From Bacteroidota bacterium (GTDB lineage Bacteria > Bacteroidota > Bacteroidia > AKYH767-A > 2013-40CM-41-45): a stretch of DNA of 61,373 nucleotides. Shown piece after piece: positions 46,996 through 56,449 of the stretch (within the stretch, counting starts at the first letter, position 1; every line of letters begins with the position of its first letter). Position numbers and translations under genes: made by a program. The stretch spans positions 1 through 61,373 of the forward strand of contig JAPLDB010000029.1 of assembly GCA_026391975.1 (NCBI GenBank), given 5' to 3'. The notes below the pieces were generated by a model that saw only the letters and a program-made list of their open reading frames with translations, was not told where the DNA came from and did no database searches.

Positions 46996-49900
46996 TCAGT
47001 ATTTCAAAAACTTCACCTGCCTGCTCAACTCAGAATCGTCGTTGTTTTTGACAACAATATAGTAAACACCGGAAGGAATATCCTTGATCTCAAAGGAGGT
47101 ATTATTGAATCCCGTTAGTGCAATCAATTCCTTCCGCATCACAATTTTGCCAACCAGATCCATGATCTGAACTGTTGTTTTTTCATCGGCAGTTAAATTA
47201 AAGTTGATGTTGAGAATTGTATTTGCCGGATTTGGATATACAACAAGTTCAGGAATTGCGTCTTTACAGTTAACGGATGCAACCCTGCTGTAACTGTGGC
47301 GTCCATCAATGTCAACCTGTTTCAGGCGATAATAAATAACGAGCCCACAAACATCTTTGTCATAAAAACTATAATTAAGTGTTTGCACGGAAACGCCGGG
47401 GCCATAACCTTGCACTTCGGCAATCTTGACGAATTCATTTCCATCAGTACTGCGCTCTATTTCAAAATGGTCGTTGTTGATCTCCGCTGAAGTAGACCAT
47501 GAATTCAAAACATCTTTTCCCTTCATTTCAGCATTAAAGAAAAGCAGTTCAATTGGTAATGGGTTCTGTGATTGTACAGTTGTGAAATCCGAAAACCCTG
47601 TGAGGTTATCTCTTCTTGTTTGAGCAGCTGTGCTTGCAACAAAACATGCGCCTGACAAACCAAATGCTCCTGATCCTGAAACACCTTTCACGACAGTCCA
47701 TCCGCTTCCTGTATTGTTGCTCATTGCCTGATTGTAAAGTGTGGCTCTGTAAGTGCCAGTTGGTGCCCCAATACTTGCACCTATGCGCCAGTAACCATGG
47801 TCAAAAGTTGGCAACGCATTATATGTAGCAGTTAAACATTCGCTTGCTGCAGGCCCAACTCCAGGAAATGCCACACCGCCCAAAGTCCAGCGGTAAAAAT
47901 GAGCCAGGAGATTATAAGTAGCTGTTGGGGCTACAGAATAAGTGATGTTGGCCAATTCATAACCCACAATCCCGGGTGCCAAAACAGACGTACCATCACC
48001 TACAGGAAAATCATAACTGTTTGCCGCAGCAGCAATAGCCCTTCTCAAATCTCCTTCCACAAAACTTGTTGCATTACCAATAGAACATCCGGTAACAGCA
48101 CTGTTGGTGACATTCACTTCGCGTGTACCGGTAATTATTCTTCCCTGAGTAAGGGTTAGAATTCCACTCACGCCAATGATAAGATTACTCGTTGCATTAT
48201 TATAAAGCGTCACTGATCCTGCGGCGATCTGATTCATTGTAACATTGTTCAGTGTAAGGTTGCTGACTTCATTTCTGAAGGTTTGATTCGCACCACTTCG
48301 CCTTGTGAAAACAAGTGTGCTTCCTCCTGCCCCTGCCCCTAATCCTATAAAGCTTGTGGCTCCATTATGGTTATAAAAATTACCGCCAACTTCCGTAATC
48401 TTATTGTTATTGTTAACCACTCCGCCATAGATCGAATCGTAGCCCTGTATGTAAATGTTAGTATTGAGTGTTACAGATGCATTCCCGATTTTTGAAAATT
48501 CCACATTGTAGAAATTATTCAGCACATTACCGAAAGTTCCATTGATCGTAGTGTTTGATCCGCCGATAAAACGCACTATGCTCCCGGGCTGACAGTTGAG
48601 CGTTCCATTATTTGTAAAGTTGCCACATACAGAAAGAATTACACCGGGCTGTATTGTAACTGATGCACCGATGGCAATCGTAATATCCTTTACAGTGGTA
48701 CTTGCTGCTATCACGGGTTGAATTCCTCCGCCGGCAATGGTTGCAGCAATCTGGTTTGCGCAATCAGGTATGTTCCCACATCCTGAAGGCAGCCAGTTTG
48801 CTCGCGTTGCCCAGTTATTTGTTGCTGCATTTTGCCATGTCATCGCCGGAGGCGTACCATTGACATTACTGCCCTGCCAGTTAAAAGTAAAACCTAGTGT
48901 TGTATTAGACCAGTTGTTCATGCTGATCAGGAAGGTGGCAGTCATTCCTGCAGGAACGAAAGCGGCCTGACTTAACGGTGGTGTTGATCCTCCACCAATA
49001 TTCCTGTGCTGATTGAGCACACCACCTACTGTATCTGTACCCATTGTAGCACTCATGCCTGTATTATCTATGTGCGAAACGTTACAGCTTGTCCATGGAA
49101 AAGCATTTGGGTTGTTCAGGTTGCTGCAATAATTGGGAATTGTTGGGAATGTATGATTGGGATTGTTATTCCATACTGTATCAATACACCATACCATCCA
49201 GTCATAGTCATTAGAGCTTGATGTAGTAAGAAGCCATTGCAGGGAATTTGGTCCTGTAATCGAAAGTGTGTACCAGGTAGAACTTGCTTCGCCGGCAGTC
49301 ATGCAGGTACCAAAACCTCCTACATCGCAAAAATTTCCTGCACCTGAATAACCCGGATCAGCAACGTTAAAAGTTGCATTGCTGCAAACATTTACCGGAA
49401 GTGCACAATCTTGTGCCGGCACCGGAGGATAAGAACCCGCTCCTGTGATTACTGTGATTTCAAATGTTCCGGTATTTGAGGCTCTTCCATCTACTCTTAC
49501 AAAATAAGTCGTACCGATAGACAACCCGTTTACAGTAAGGTCTGATGCCTTGCTGACAAATGCATTTCCACAATTATAGGTGTAATCATTGTTACATGCA
49601 GAAGCAATTTCCACCATTCCGGCACCGCAAGGTCCTGTATAAACAGCAATCTGAGAGTCATAAAGTGTAAACAACCGTGTTCTTACTTTCATTGTTGTTG
49701 CAGAAGCAACAAAACTATACCAGACAGTATTTAGCGTATTTCCAACGCCCCAGCAACTGGCGCTTGCAGGTTCACCTGCACCCGAGGAACAACTATTGTC
49801 ACCATTTACCGGAGAACCAATGACAAGTAGTTGCGAAGCACATGGAAGGTCATTGGCCGGAGAGCAACCGGTTGCAACGCATATCCTGAAGTTACCTGTC

Positions 49901-51921
49901 TGTGTTCCACTATTGCTCCATATTCTTAAATAATAAACTGTACTGGCAGTAGGTGGTAAAACAGTTGCTGATGGCATCCCAATATTTGAATTGTCGTCAC
50001 AGACAACCAGTGTGAACGGACCACATGAACCGCCGCTTGAAGTATATACTGCCATTGCCAGATCCTGTGCAGCCGGCGCGGTACCGGGTGCCACATCAAT
50101 CTGATGAGATGCCGTACTGGTGGAAGTAAATGTCAGCCATACATCAGGAGTAACTCCATCAATAAAATTTCCACAGCCCGGTAACGGAACAGATGCAGCC
50201 GCAGAAGGCGATGCACAGTTGTTATTGTAATCAACCAGTCCTGTGCAATTATTCCCGGGTGTTACAGTCGTAACCGGAACGGGTCCGGCAGGAGTTGCGC
50301 AGTTATCATAGGCAGGAGTTGGCGAAACGGAATTGGAAATCGTCAGGTCAAAACTATTCATGCAACTCACAAATCCTCCATTGGCGTCATAGTCAACTGC
50401 GAAGTAATATGTAATACCTGCAACGAGTGACATGTTATTAAACGTAAGCGAAGCAACACCCGGGCCGGAAACATTTGAAAGACAATTCCCTGTTGTAGGA
50501 CAGCCCTGATAAACCGTAAATCCCGGATAAGAATTTGCCGGTGTATTGTTGAGTGATATGTTCACACAAACATTGGATGCCGGCGTATAAACAAACAGGT
50601 AATCTTCTCCCTCTTGTCTTGGCGTATGGCAAGCAGAATTTGTACTGTCATAATCATTTCCCCATCCGCAGGTTGACAATGCAAGCGGAGAAGAATATGG
50701 AATGCCACAGATCTGGTTCGCAAAAGTACAATCGCGCCCCGGAGGACGAATATTAAACCGGAAATAACCTCTGTATGAAGTGTCCTTTGAATATGCCCGA
50801 ACCCAGTATTGCTGGGCCGCACACGGTTGTGTTACCAGATTCAGGTATGAAGAGGCATTTGTTCCTGCAGGTCCGGTACTTCCGTAATTGCATTGCACTA
50901 CAGCACCGCCGCAGGCTGTATATAATTCCATTCCCATCTGATAGTTTGTTCCACGGCAATCCAGACTATCAATAAAAATTTCGAAGTTGGTAATGTTGGC
51001 TGGCTTTGTAAAAGTAAACCAAACGTCACTTGTTGTTGTAACTGCAACGCCGCAACCTGCTAAAGGCACGGCCACTGCAGACTGCGTGGAATGCAGTGTG
51101 GTTCCCAGTGTTTTGATGATTGGCAGCGCAGGGTTAAATGTTCCAAGGTTTTGAGCTCCCGCACAGTCATCGTTTGGATGAATGATTGGCGTAAATTTAT
51201 AACCGTTTGTTGAAGAAGGATGCGATGCGATGTTAGAAGTTTCAGGTGAGGTCTTGTTGGGCGCAGCGCCACCGGGTGCACCCGGCCAGGCAAAAACATC
51301 ACCACTGCAATACCCTGATAAACCACACGATGCCCCGCCTGATAAATTATTAATGTTGGCCGCACCTGCTCCGTTATTCAGGTAACGGAATTCAATCACA
51401 TTGGCATTTGCACCGGCTGTCCGTTCAAAAATTCTTACCTGCATTGAGAGTGCATAAACTATCGCATTGTGATCCCACAATACCGAATCCCATTCAATTG
51501 TAATTGTACGATTGGGTGCACCTCCTCCAAAGCTATATCTGACGAGTCCGGTTGCTTTTATCTTTAAGTCATCCCATAAAGGTGCAATGATTGCCGGAGT
51601 ACCTGCCAGGTTATTTGCAGGAAGCGAACCGCCTGGATTCAGAAAAGAAATAAATCCATTTGAAGAAACGTAAATCGGAGATCCACCAGGGTAGTACACA
51701 CCGCCATAATAAAATCCATTCCAGTTCGCTGCAGTAGTCGGAACTGTAGCAACTACATCATCAGATCCTGCTGCAATAATTGTGGCCGGAGCACCAAGGG
51801 CAATAAATGCTGTGGTTGTGGTGGCATAAGCATAATTTATTCCTGTCGACTGCGCATTCGCATTCAACACAAAAAAAGAAAAACACAAAAAGAAAATGAG
51901 GCGGGTAAGTGTTTTATTCAT
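46996..51921 (-). CDS. Large (1641-aa) secreted protein: NIDO-like N-terminal region, five Cys-rich PPC-like modules, beta-helix-like region, T9SS type A sorting domain
   Basis: ATG start with a signal peptide. N-terminal block FYYGGVYY...IYVSSNGFISF...PAIIAPLWDDL...GLVRY. Modules begin xDxCxxA and end GxFxhxh. C-terminal VVYPNPANTILNI...GVYYIVVKN tail. Confidence 0.8.
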   Translation of the reverse strand: MNKTLTRLIFFLCFSFFVLNANAQSTGINYAYATTTTAFIALGAPATIIAAGSDDVVATVPTTAANWNGFYYGGVYYPGGSPIYVSSNGFISFLNPGGSLPANNLAGTPAIIAPLWDDLKIKATGLVRYSFGGGAPNRTITIEWDSVLWDHNAIVYALSMQVRIFERTAGANANVIEFRYLNNGAGAANINNLSGGASCGLSGYCSGDVFAWPGAPGGAAPNKTSPETSNIASHPSSTNGYKFTPIIHPNDDCAGAQNLGTFNPALPIIKTLGTTLHSTQSAVAVPLAGCGVAVTTTSDVWFTFTKPANITNFEIFIDSLDCRGTNYQMGMELYTACGGAVVQCNYGSTGPAGTNASSYLNLVTQPCAAQQYWVRAYSKDTSYRGYFRFNIRPPGRDCTFANQICGIPYSSPLALSTCGWGNDYDSTNSACHTPRQEGEDYLFVYTPASNVCVNISLNNTPANSYPGFTVYQGCPTTGNCLSNVSGPGVASLTFNNMSLVAGITYYFAVDYDANGGFVSCMNSFDLTISNSVSPTPAYDNCATPAGPVPVTTVTPGNNCTGLVDYNNNCASPSAAASVPLPGCGNFIDGVTPDVWLTFTSTSTASHQIDVAPGTAPAAQDLAMAVYTSSGGSCGPFTLVVCDDNSNIGMPSATVLPPTASTVYYLRIWSNSGTQTGNFRICVATGCSPANDLPCASQLLVIGSPVNGDNSCSSGAGEPASASCWGVGNTLNTVWYSFVASATTMKVRTRLFTLYDSQIAVYTGPCGAGMVEIASACNNDYTYNCGNAFVSKASDLTVNGLSIGTTYFVRVDGRASNTGTFEITVITGAGSYPPVPAQDCALPVNVCSNATFNVADPGYSGAGNFCDVGGFGTCMTAGEASSTWYTLSITGPNSLQWLLTTSSSNDYDWMVWCIDTVWNNNPNHTFPTIPNYCSNLNNPNAFPWTSCNVSHIDNTGMSATMGTDTVGGVLNQHRNIGGGSTPPLSQAAFVPAGMTATFLISMNNWSNTTLGFTFNWQGSNVNGTPPAMTWQNAATNNWATRANWLPSGCGNIPDCANQIAATIAGGGIQPVIAASTTVKDITIAIGASVTIQPGVILSVCGNFTNNGTLNCQPGSIVRFIGGSNTTINGTFGNVLNNFYNVEFSKIGNASVTLNTNIYIQGYDSIYGGVVNNNNKITEVGGNFYNHNGATSFIGLGAGAGGSTLVFTRRSGANQTFRNEVSNLTLNNVTMNQIAAGSVTLYNNATSNLIIGVSGILTLTQGRIITGTREVNVTNSAVTGCSIGNATSFVEGDLRRAIAAAANSYDFPVGDGTSVLAPGIVGYELANITYSVAPTATYNLLAHFYRWTLGGVAFPGVGPAASECLTATYNALPTFDHGYWRIGASIGAPTGTYRATLYNQAMSNNTGSGWTVVKGVSGSGAFGLSGACFVASTAAQTRRDNLTGFSDFTTVQSQNPLPIELLFFNAEMKGKDVLNSWSTSAEINNDHFEIERSTDGNEFVKIAEVQGYGPGVSVQTLNYSFYDKDVCGLVIYYRLKQVDIDGRHSYSRVASVNCKDAIPELVVYPNPANTILNINFNLTADEKTTVQIMDLVGKIVMRKELIALTGFNNTSFEIKDIPSGVYYIVVKNNDDSELSRQVKFLKY

Positions 51922-52091
51922 GGTGCTTTGTCTAAGGGCGGACTAAGGTAACAAACTCTGTTTCAAATACAAACGCCCTATAATAAAATTCCGGGGTATT
52001 TGGCGAAGGGCCTGTTTTTAGTAGCGAACAGGCCTATAACCGTGGGTAATGAACCATTAATTATATTTACCGCTTCTAAAAACCAACTCCA

Positions 52092-53396
52092 ATGAAGTAC
52101 ACTCCGATTAATCAGCGGCTTTATATTGACAACAGAAAACGTTTTGCTGCTTCACTGAAGCCCGGCTCCATTGCATTTTTTAACAGCAACGATGAGATGC
52201 CGCGCAATGGCGATCAGAATTTTCCTTTCCGCCAACACTCTGATATGCTCTGGATGAGTGGCATTGACCAGGAACAAACTATTCTAGTGATCTGCCCGAA
52301 CCATCCGCTGCCTGAATACAGGGAAGTTCTATTTCTCAGGAAAACAAATGAGCACATAGCAGTTTGGGAAGGACATAAATACACCAAAGACGAAGCACGC
52401 GCTGCATCAGGCATTCAGCATGTGTATTGGGTTGATGAATTTAATGCCATGCTTCCGGTGATGATGCACCATTCACAAACAGTTTATCTGAACCTGAATG
52501 AAAACGACAGGTTTGTAACTGAAGTTCCTTACCGCGAACAACGCTTTGCCGAAACTTTAAAAAACAAATATCCGAACCATCAGTATGAACGTTGCGGACC
52601 CATCATGGCATCCATGCGTTCAATAAAGCATGAACTGGAAATTGAACCATTGCAAATCGCATGTGATATAACCGACAATGCTTTCAGAAGGGTGCTTGGT
52701 TTTGTAAAACCCGGCGTTACGGAGTATGAAGTGGAAGCAGAAATCACACATGAGTTCATCCGCAACAGAGCGAACGGCCATGCTTATACACCAATCATCG
52801 CAAGCGGATCAAGTGCATGTGTGCTGCATTACATTGACAACAACAAACCAATGAATGATGGAGAGGTTGCGCTTCTTGACTTCGGTGCTGATTACGCCAA
52901 TTACGCTGCAGATCTTACACGCAGTATTCCGGTTAACGGAAAATTTACAAAACGCCAGCGCGACGTTTATGATGCTGTATTGCGCGTGATGAAAGCCGCC
53001 ACCAAAATGCTGGTGGTTGGAAATGTAATTCCGAAATACCATGAAGAGGTTGGCAAGCTCATGGAAGAAGAACTCATCAGGCTTGGCTTACTGAAAGCTG
53101 ATGAAGTAAAAAAGCAGGATCCGAAGCAACCGTTGTACAAAAAATATTTCATGCATGGCACCTCACATTTTCTGGGGCTGGATGTGCATGACATCGGCAA
53201 CCGTTACGAGCCGATGAAAGCCGGAAATGTATTTACCTGCGAACCTGGAATTTATATTCCTGAAGAGTCACTCGGCATCCGAATTGAGAATGATATTCTC
53301 ATCACTGAAAAAGGTCCGGTTGATTTGATGGCGAAAATTCCTCTTGAAGCGGAGGAGATTGAGGAATTGATGGCGAAGAGTAGAGTAACTGCATAA
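52092..53396 (+). CDS. pepP: Xaa-Pro aminopeptidase (M24B family)
   Basis: 434 aa. N-terminal AMP_N-like domain. Metal ligand blocks LDFGADYANYAADLTR, HGTSHFLGLDVHD and EPGIY...GIRIEND. Confidence 0.9.
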   Translation: MKYTPINQRLYIDNRKRFAASLKPGSIAFFNSNDEMPRNGDQNFPFRQHSDMLWMSGIDQEQTILVICPNHPLPEYREVLFLRKTNEHIAVWEGHKYTKDEARAASGIQHVYWVDEFNAMLPVMMHHSQTVYLNLNENDRFVTEVPYREQRFAETLKNKYPNHQYERCGPIMASMRSIKHELEIEPLQIACDITDNAFRRVLGFVKPGVTEYEVEAEITHEFIRNRANGHAYTPIIASGSSACVLHYIDNNKPMNDGEVALLDFGADYANYAADLTRSIPVNGKFTKRQRDVYDAVLRVMKAATKMLVVGNVIPKYHEEVGKLMEEELIRLGLLKADEVKKQDPKQPLYKKYFMHGTSHFLGLDVHDIGNRYEPMKAGNVFTCEPGIYIPEESLGIRIENDILITEKGPVDLMAKIPLEAEEIEELMAKSRVTA

Positions 53397-53454
53397 AAAT
53401 TTCGAATAAGAAAATATCAAAATCCGAAATTTTGGATACGAGTCATCCCCCGCT

Positions 53455-53477
53455 GGTCGAAGCATGTTGCTTCGACC
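53455..53477 (+). terminator. Perfect 10-bp hairpin downstream of pepP
   Basis: GGTCGAAGCA tgt TGCTTCGACC, located 59 nt after the pepP stop. The following T-tract is weak. Confidence 0.45.
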
Positions 53478-53506
53478 GCTTCTAATTCATTTTTATCCAT
53501 AACTAA

Positions 53507-53786
53507 ACAACGATAAAATAAGGATTATTTAATAAAATGTTTCGTGTCGGGTCTCGCTCCACACAGGCGTCGTCCGAAGACCCTACAGCAGTAAATTATT
53601 TAATAGAACGTTTCCTGTCGGGTCTCGCCCCACACAGGCATCGTCCGAAGACCCTACAGCAGTAAAACACAAAAATCCGACTTACTACTGATAGATCACA
53701 ACGATAAAGTAAGAATTATTTAATAGAACGTTTCCTGTCGGGTCTCGCCCCACACAGGCATCGTCCGAAGACCCTACAGCAGTAAA
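53507..53786. repeat. Three copies of a structured 72-nt repeat, two of them with an extra 17-nt shared 5' flank
   Basis: Copies at 53524-53595, 53595-53666 and 53715-53786. Copies 2 and 3 are identical and copy 1 differs at 5 positions. The core can fold as CTGTcGGGTCT...AGACCCtACAG. The extended flank ACAACGATAAARTAAGR precedes copies 1 and 3. Confidence 0.8.
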
Positions 53787-53812
53787 TTAGAAATTAATTA
53801 TTCGGATTTTTT

Positions 53813-54823
53813 CTACCATTTTATTTTCTCCAGCGCCTTAAAAGCCTGCCTCTCTATTTCAGCCACCTCGAAAAGGTAGCCGGCCATGTCCTGAAAATCT
53901 TTTTCCGAAGTTATCCTGCCTTTGAATATTCCCGCGGCCTGCACTGCTGAGGAACGCCATACATCTCCCGCTTTGGTAAATTGTTCTGAAATTTTCAGGA
54001 GCTCATCCTTCGGAATAAAAGTATATGCCTGCTGTAAAAAAGCACCATAGATAAAACGAAATCCTCCTCCGCCCGTTCCGATTTCTTCCTGCATGCGCAC
54101 GAGCTGTGCGAGGTAGCTGCCTGCTGTTTTCACACCCAGTTGCTCACGCCATTTCAGAATTTTATTTGCTGTGTATTTTATTCCTCTGATTCCGACAACT
54201 GATGCCGGAATGTGAAGCATGTCGCGGCTATTCCTTTTTATTCCTTTCACAATTGCTTTCCTGATTGCATCATCAGTAATATCAACTTTATGCTTCGGAT
54301 AATAAAGTTGCCCGCGCGGTGCCAACGCTCCTTTTGCAAAACGGACACGCTGCAACTCAGGTCCGCTCAAAGAAGTAACAGTCTCCATTACAGGATCACT
54401 GATCAAATAAGATCCGTTTTCTTTGCCATACACTACGAGGTTGTGCGCATTAAAATGAAAACGGTATTCCTTCGGAAAATAGGTGAGGTAATAAACACCG
54501 ACCTGGCAACCAACGGGCTGTCCTGACTGCAAACAATCATTCAATACTTGTTCCGCCTTTTCAGGAGAAGAAAACTTTTTTCGTTCAACGGGAATTCCCA
54601 ATGATTTACATGTTCGTTTGAAAATCAAACCCGGCATCGTACGGTAACTAAAAGCGGGCGCATTGTTTACTTTCAGAAAAGGGATCTGTATGTAAAACAA
54701 TCCTGAACCAATTCCGAATGCAAGCGGTTCGGTAATCTTGCTCATCCCCGAATGACGAAGCAGGTTCGTGGTAACACCGTTTTCGCAGTGCGCACTTTGA
54801 GCATGTTCGAATTGTATTTGCAT
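53813..54823 (-). CDS. BtrH N-terminal domain / DUF4872-like protein
   Basis: 336 aa with ATG start. N-terminus FEHAQSAHCENGVTTNLLRHSG (Cys-containing papain-like BtrH_N signature), plus ...YFPKEYRFHFNAHNLVVYG... Confidence 0.65.
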   Translation of the reverse strand: MQIQFEHAQSAHCENGVTTNLLRHSGMSKITEPLAFGIGSGLFYIQIPFLKVNNAPAFSYRTMPGLIFKRTCKSLGIPVERKKFSSPEKAEQVLNDCLQSGQPVGCQVGVYYLTYFPKEYRFHFNAHNLVVYGKENGSYLISDPVMETVTSLSGPELQRVRFAKGALAPRGQLYYPKHKVDITDDAIRKAIVKGIKRNSRDMLHIPASVVGIRGIKYTANKILKWREQLGVKTAGSYLAQLVRMQEEIGTGGGGFRFIYGAFLQQAYTFIPKDELLKISEQFTKAGDVWRSSAVQAAGIFKGRITSEKDFQDMAGYLFEVAEIERQAFKALEKIKW

Positions 54824-54862
54824 TTAATGTGGTTCGGTTTAGAGAGTCAACAGGAGAAACAA

Positions 54863-55264
54863 CTATTTCGCAAAAGGGTTTTTCAGTTCTTCAAGCTTAA
54901 TTTCGAAAAGATCAGCATACTTCTGAAGTTTCTTATCAGAAAGCTTATTGAACACATTTGCTTTCATGTGCCTTTTTACCTGCCACTGCCAGTATCCGGT
55001 ATAAGCAGCAAGAATACCGGGGTCCATCAGTCTCAGTTCCATGAAAAATAAAACGGGACTTGCCTGGCCGCTTCGGACTTTTTCCTCTGCCTCTTTAACA
55101 CGAAGTTTAATATCGTCCCAGGCAAGATCAAGCGCAGAGGTTTTCACTTCCCATCCTGAGCTGAGAACAGAGGTGTACTTCCCTGATTCATCTACCGCAT
55201 AATCTACTTCGCGGGTAAATCCTTCAAGCAAACTTTTATCCTGTGGAATTTCTGATTTTTTCAA
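54863..55264 (-). CDS. Hypothetical protein (133 aa), dar-operon member
   Basis: Only a TTG start is available. Co-directional, 41 nt after darB and 39 nt before the BtrH-like gene. No family recognised. Confidence 0.4.
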   Translation of the reverse strand: MKKSEIPQDKSLLEGFTREVDYAVDESGKYTSVLSSGWEVKTSALDLAWDDIKLRVKEAEEKVRSGQASPVLFFMELRLMDPGILAAYTGYWQWQVKRHMKANVFNKLSDKKLQKYADLFEIKLEELKNPFAK

Positions 55265-55305
55265 AATGCCCTATCTATTGAGGGCTCAAAAGTAAAAAAA
55301 TACAT

Positions 55306-56448
55306 TCAGCAAACGGTAAGTTGTCCGTATACATAACTGAAACGGGCACTCTCCGGAACGATCATTAGCAATTTCTGACCCTTTTGAAGCTTATTGGTTC
55401 GGAGCAATTCTTCAATCATAAAATAAATAGATGCAGAACCAACATTTCCTGTGGTGCTGAGGTTTGAAAACCATTTTTCCTGAGGAACAGAGATGCCGTC
55501 CATTTCCATTTTCTCTGCAATCTTCTTCCTAAAAAATTCGCTGCTCATGTGGGGAAGGAAAAAATCCACTTCATCAGCACGGAGGTTATTTTTCTTCATC
55601 GCCTCGGCGAGTTTGTCAATACCATATTTGACAACGTTTTCGCTAAGCAATTTCACATCCTGTTTTATACTCAACACTGAATGTTCCATTACTTCATGCT
55701 GAGAAAAATCCATGTATCCTTTCAGTACACCATTTATTTTTTCGCTGCCCTGATACATGCAAGGCTCAATCCTGTTTGCATAGGAAGCACCTTCAAGCCA
55801 GTCAATGCGGAGACTCAAACCATTTTCATTCTTCTTACTTCCCAGCATTACCGCTGCAGCGCCGTCGCTCAACATCCACCGCAGAAATTCTTTGTCAAAG
55901 GAGATGTAAGGATTGTCGCTCATCTCATCCAGCCTTGTTGCCTCCTCTTCGTATGTCTCTGAATACAAAATTCTGGAAAGTCGCTCAGAACCGGATACAA
56001 CTGCATTCATGGATTGACCGAGTTTCACGCTCATAAATGCATATTTCAACGCATGCATACCGGCACAGCAATTGCCCGCTGGAGTGATCACTTCAATATC
56101 TTTTGTTTCCGGAAGCCAGCCATGTACCATTACACCATGGGAAGGCATGATCTGATCCGGTGATGAAGTGCCACAACACAACAGGTCAATTTCAGAAAGC
56201 GCAGAAACATCATCATTAAATAAATTCCTGATCGCCAATGAAGCCATTTGCGCGTTGGTATGCGTGGCATTCCCTTTTTTATCAATGGCATAAAAGCGTT
56301 GCTTAATACCATTGTTGCGAAGTACAATACGCTTGCTTTTGCTTTGCCGCTTGTGGATCAATCCGAGATAATCCTCCATCTCATCATTGGCGACGGGATT
56401 ATTCGGCAAAAATGTAGCAGCCTTTGTAATGTAAACTTCGTTAAGCAT
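55306..56448 (-). CDS. darB: DarB-type beta-ketoacyl-ACP synthase III-like ketosynthase
   Basis: 380 aa. KAS III-like fold with the active-site Cys in AGNCCAGMHALKYA. Its ATG lies 1 nt after the darA stop. Confidence 0.78.
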   Translation of the reverse strand: MLNEVYITKAATFLPNNPVANDEMEDYLGLIHKRQSKSKRIVLRNNGIKQRFYAIDKKGNATHTNAQMASLAIRNLFNDDVSALSEIDLLCCGTSSPDQIMPSHGVMVHGWLPETKDIEVITPAGNCCAGMHALKYAFMSVKLGQSMNAVVSGSERLSRILYSETYEEEATRLDEMSDNPYISFDKEFLRWMLSDGAAAVMLGSKKNENGLSLRIDWLEGASYANRIEPCMYQGSEKINGVLKGYMDFSQHEVMEHSVLSIKQDVKLLSENVVKYGIDKLAEAMKKNNLRADEVDFFLPHMSSEFFRKKIAEKMEMDGISVPQEKWFSNLSTTGNVGSASIYFMIEELLRTNKLQKGQKLLMIVPESARFSYVYGQLTVC

Positions 56449-56449
56449 T

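Noticed and set aside
53537-53680. Short ORFs through the 72-nt repeats: a 47-codon + strand ORF starting in copy 1, and a 13-codon - strand ORF MPVWGETRQETFY in copies 2 and 3
   Set aside because: The start codons are not conserved between copies (ATG versus ACG on either strand). The 71-nt offset changes frame between copies. A structural or RNA role fits better than a coding one.
53524-53786. Possibility that the three 72-nt repeats are a CRISPR array
   Set aside because: Copies 1 and 2 abut with no spacer, there are only three copies, the repeat is much longer than CRISPR repeats, and no cas genes are present in the window.
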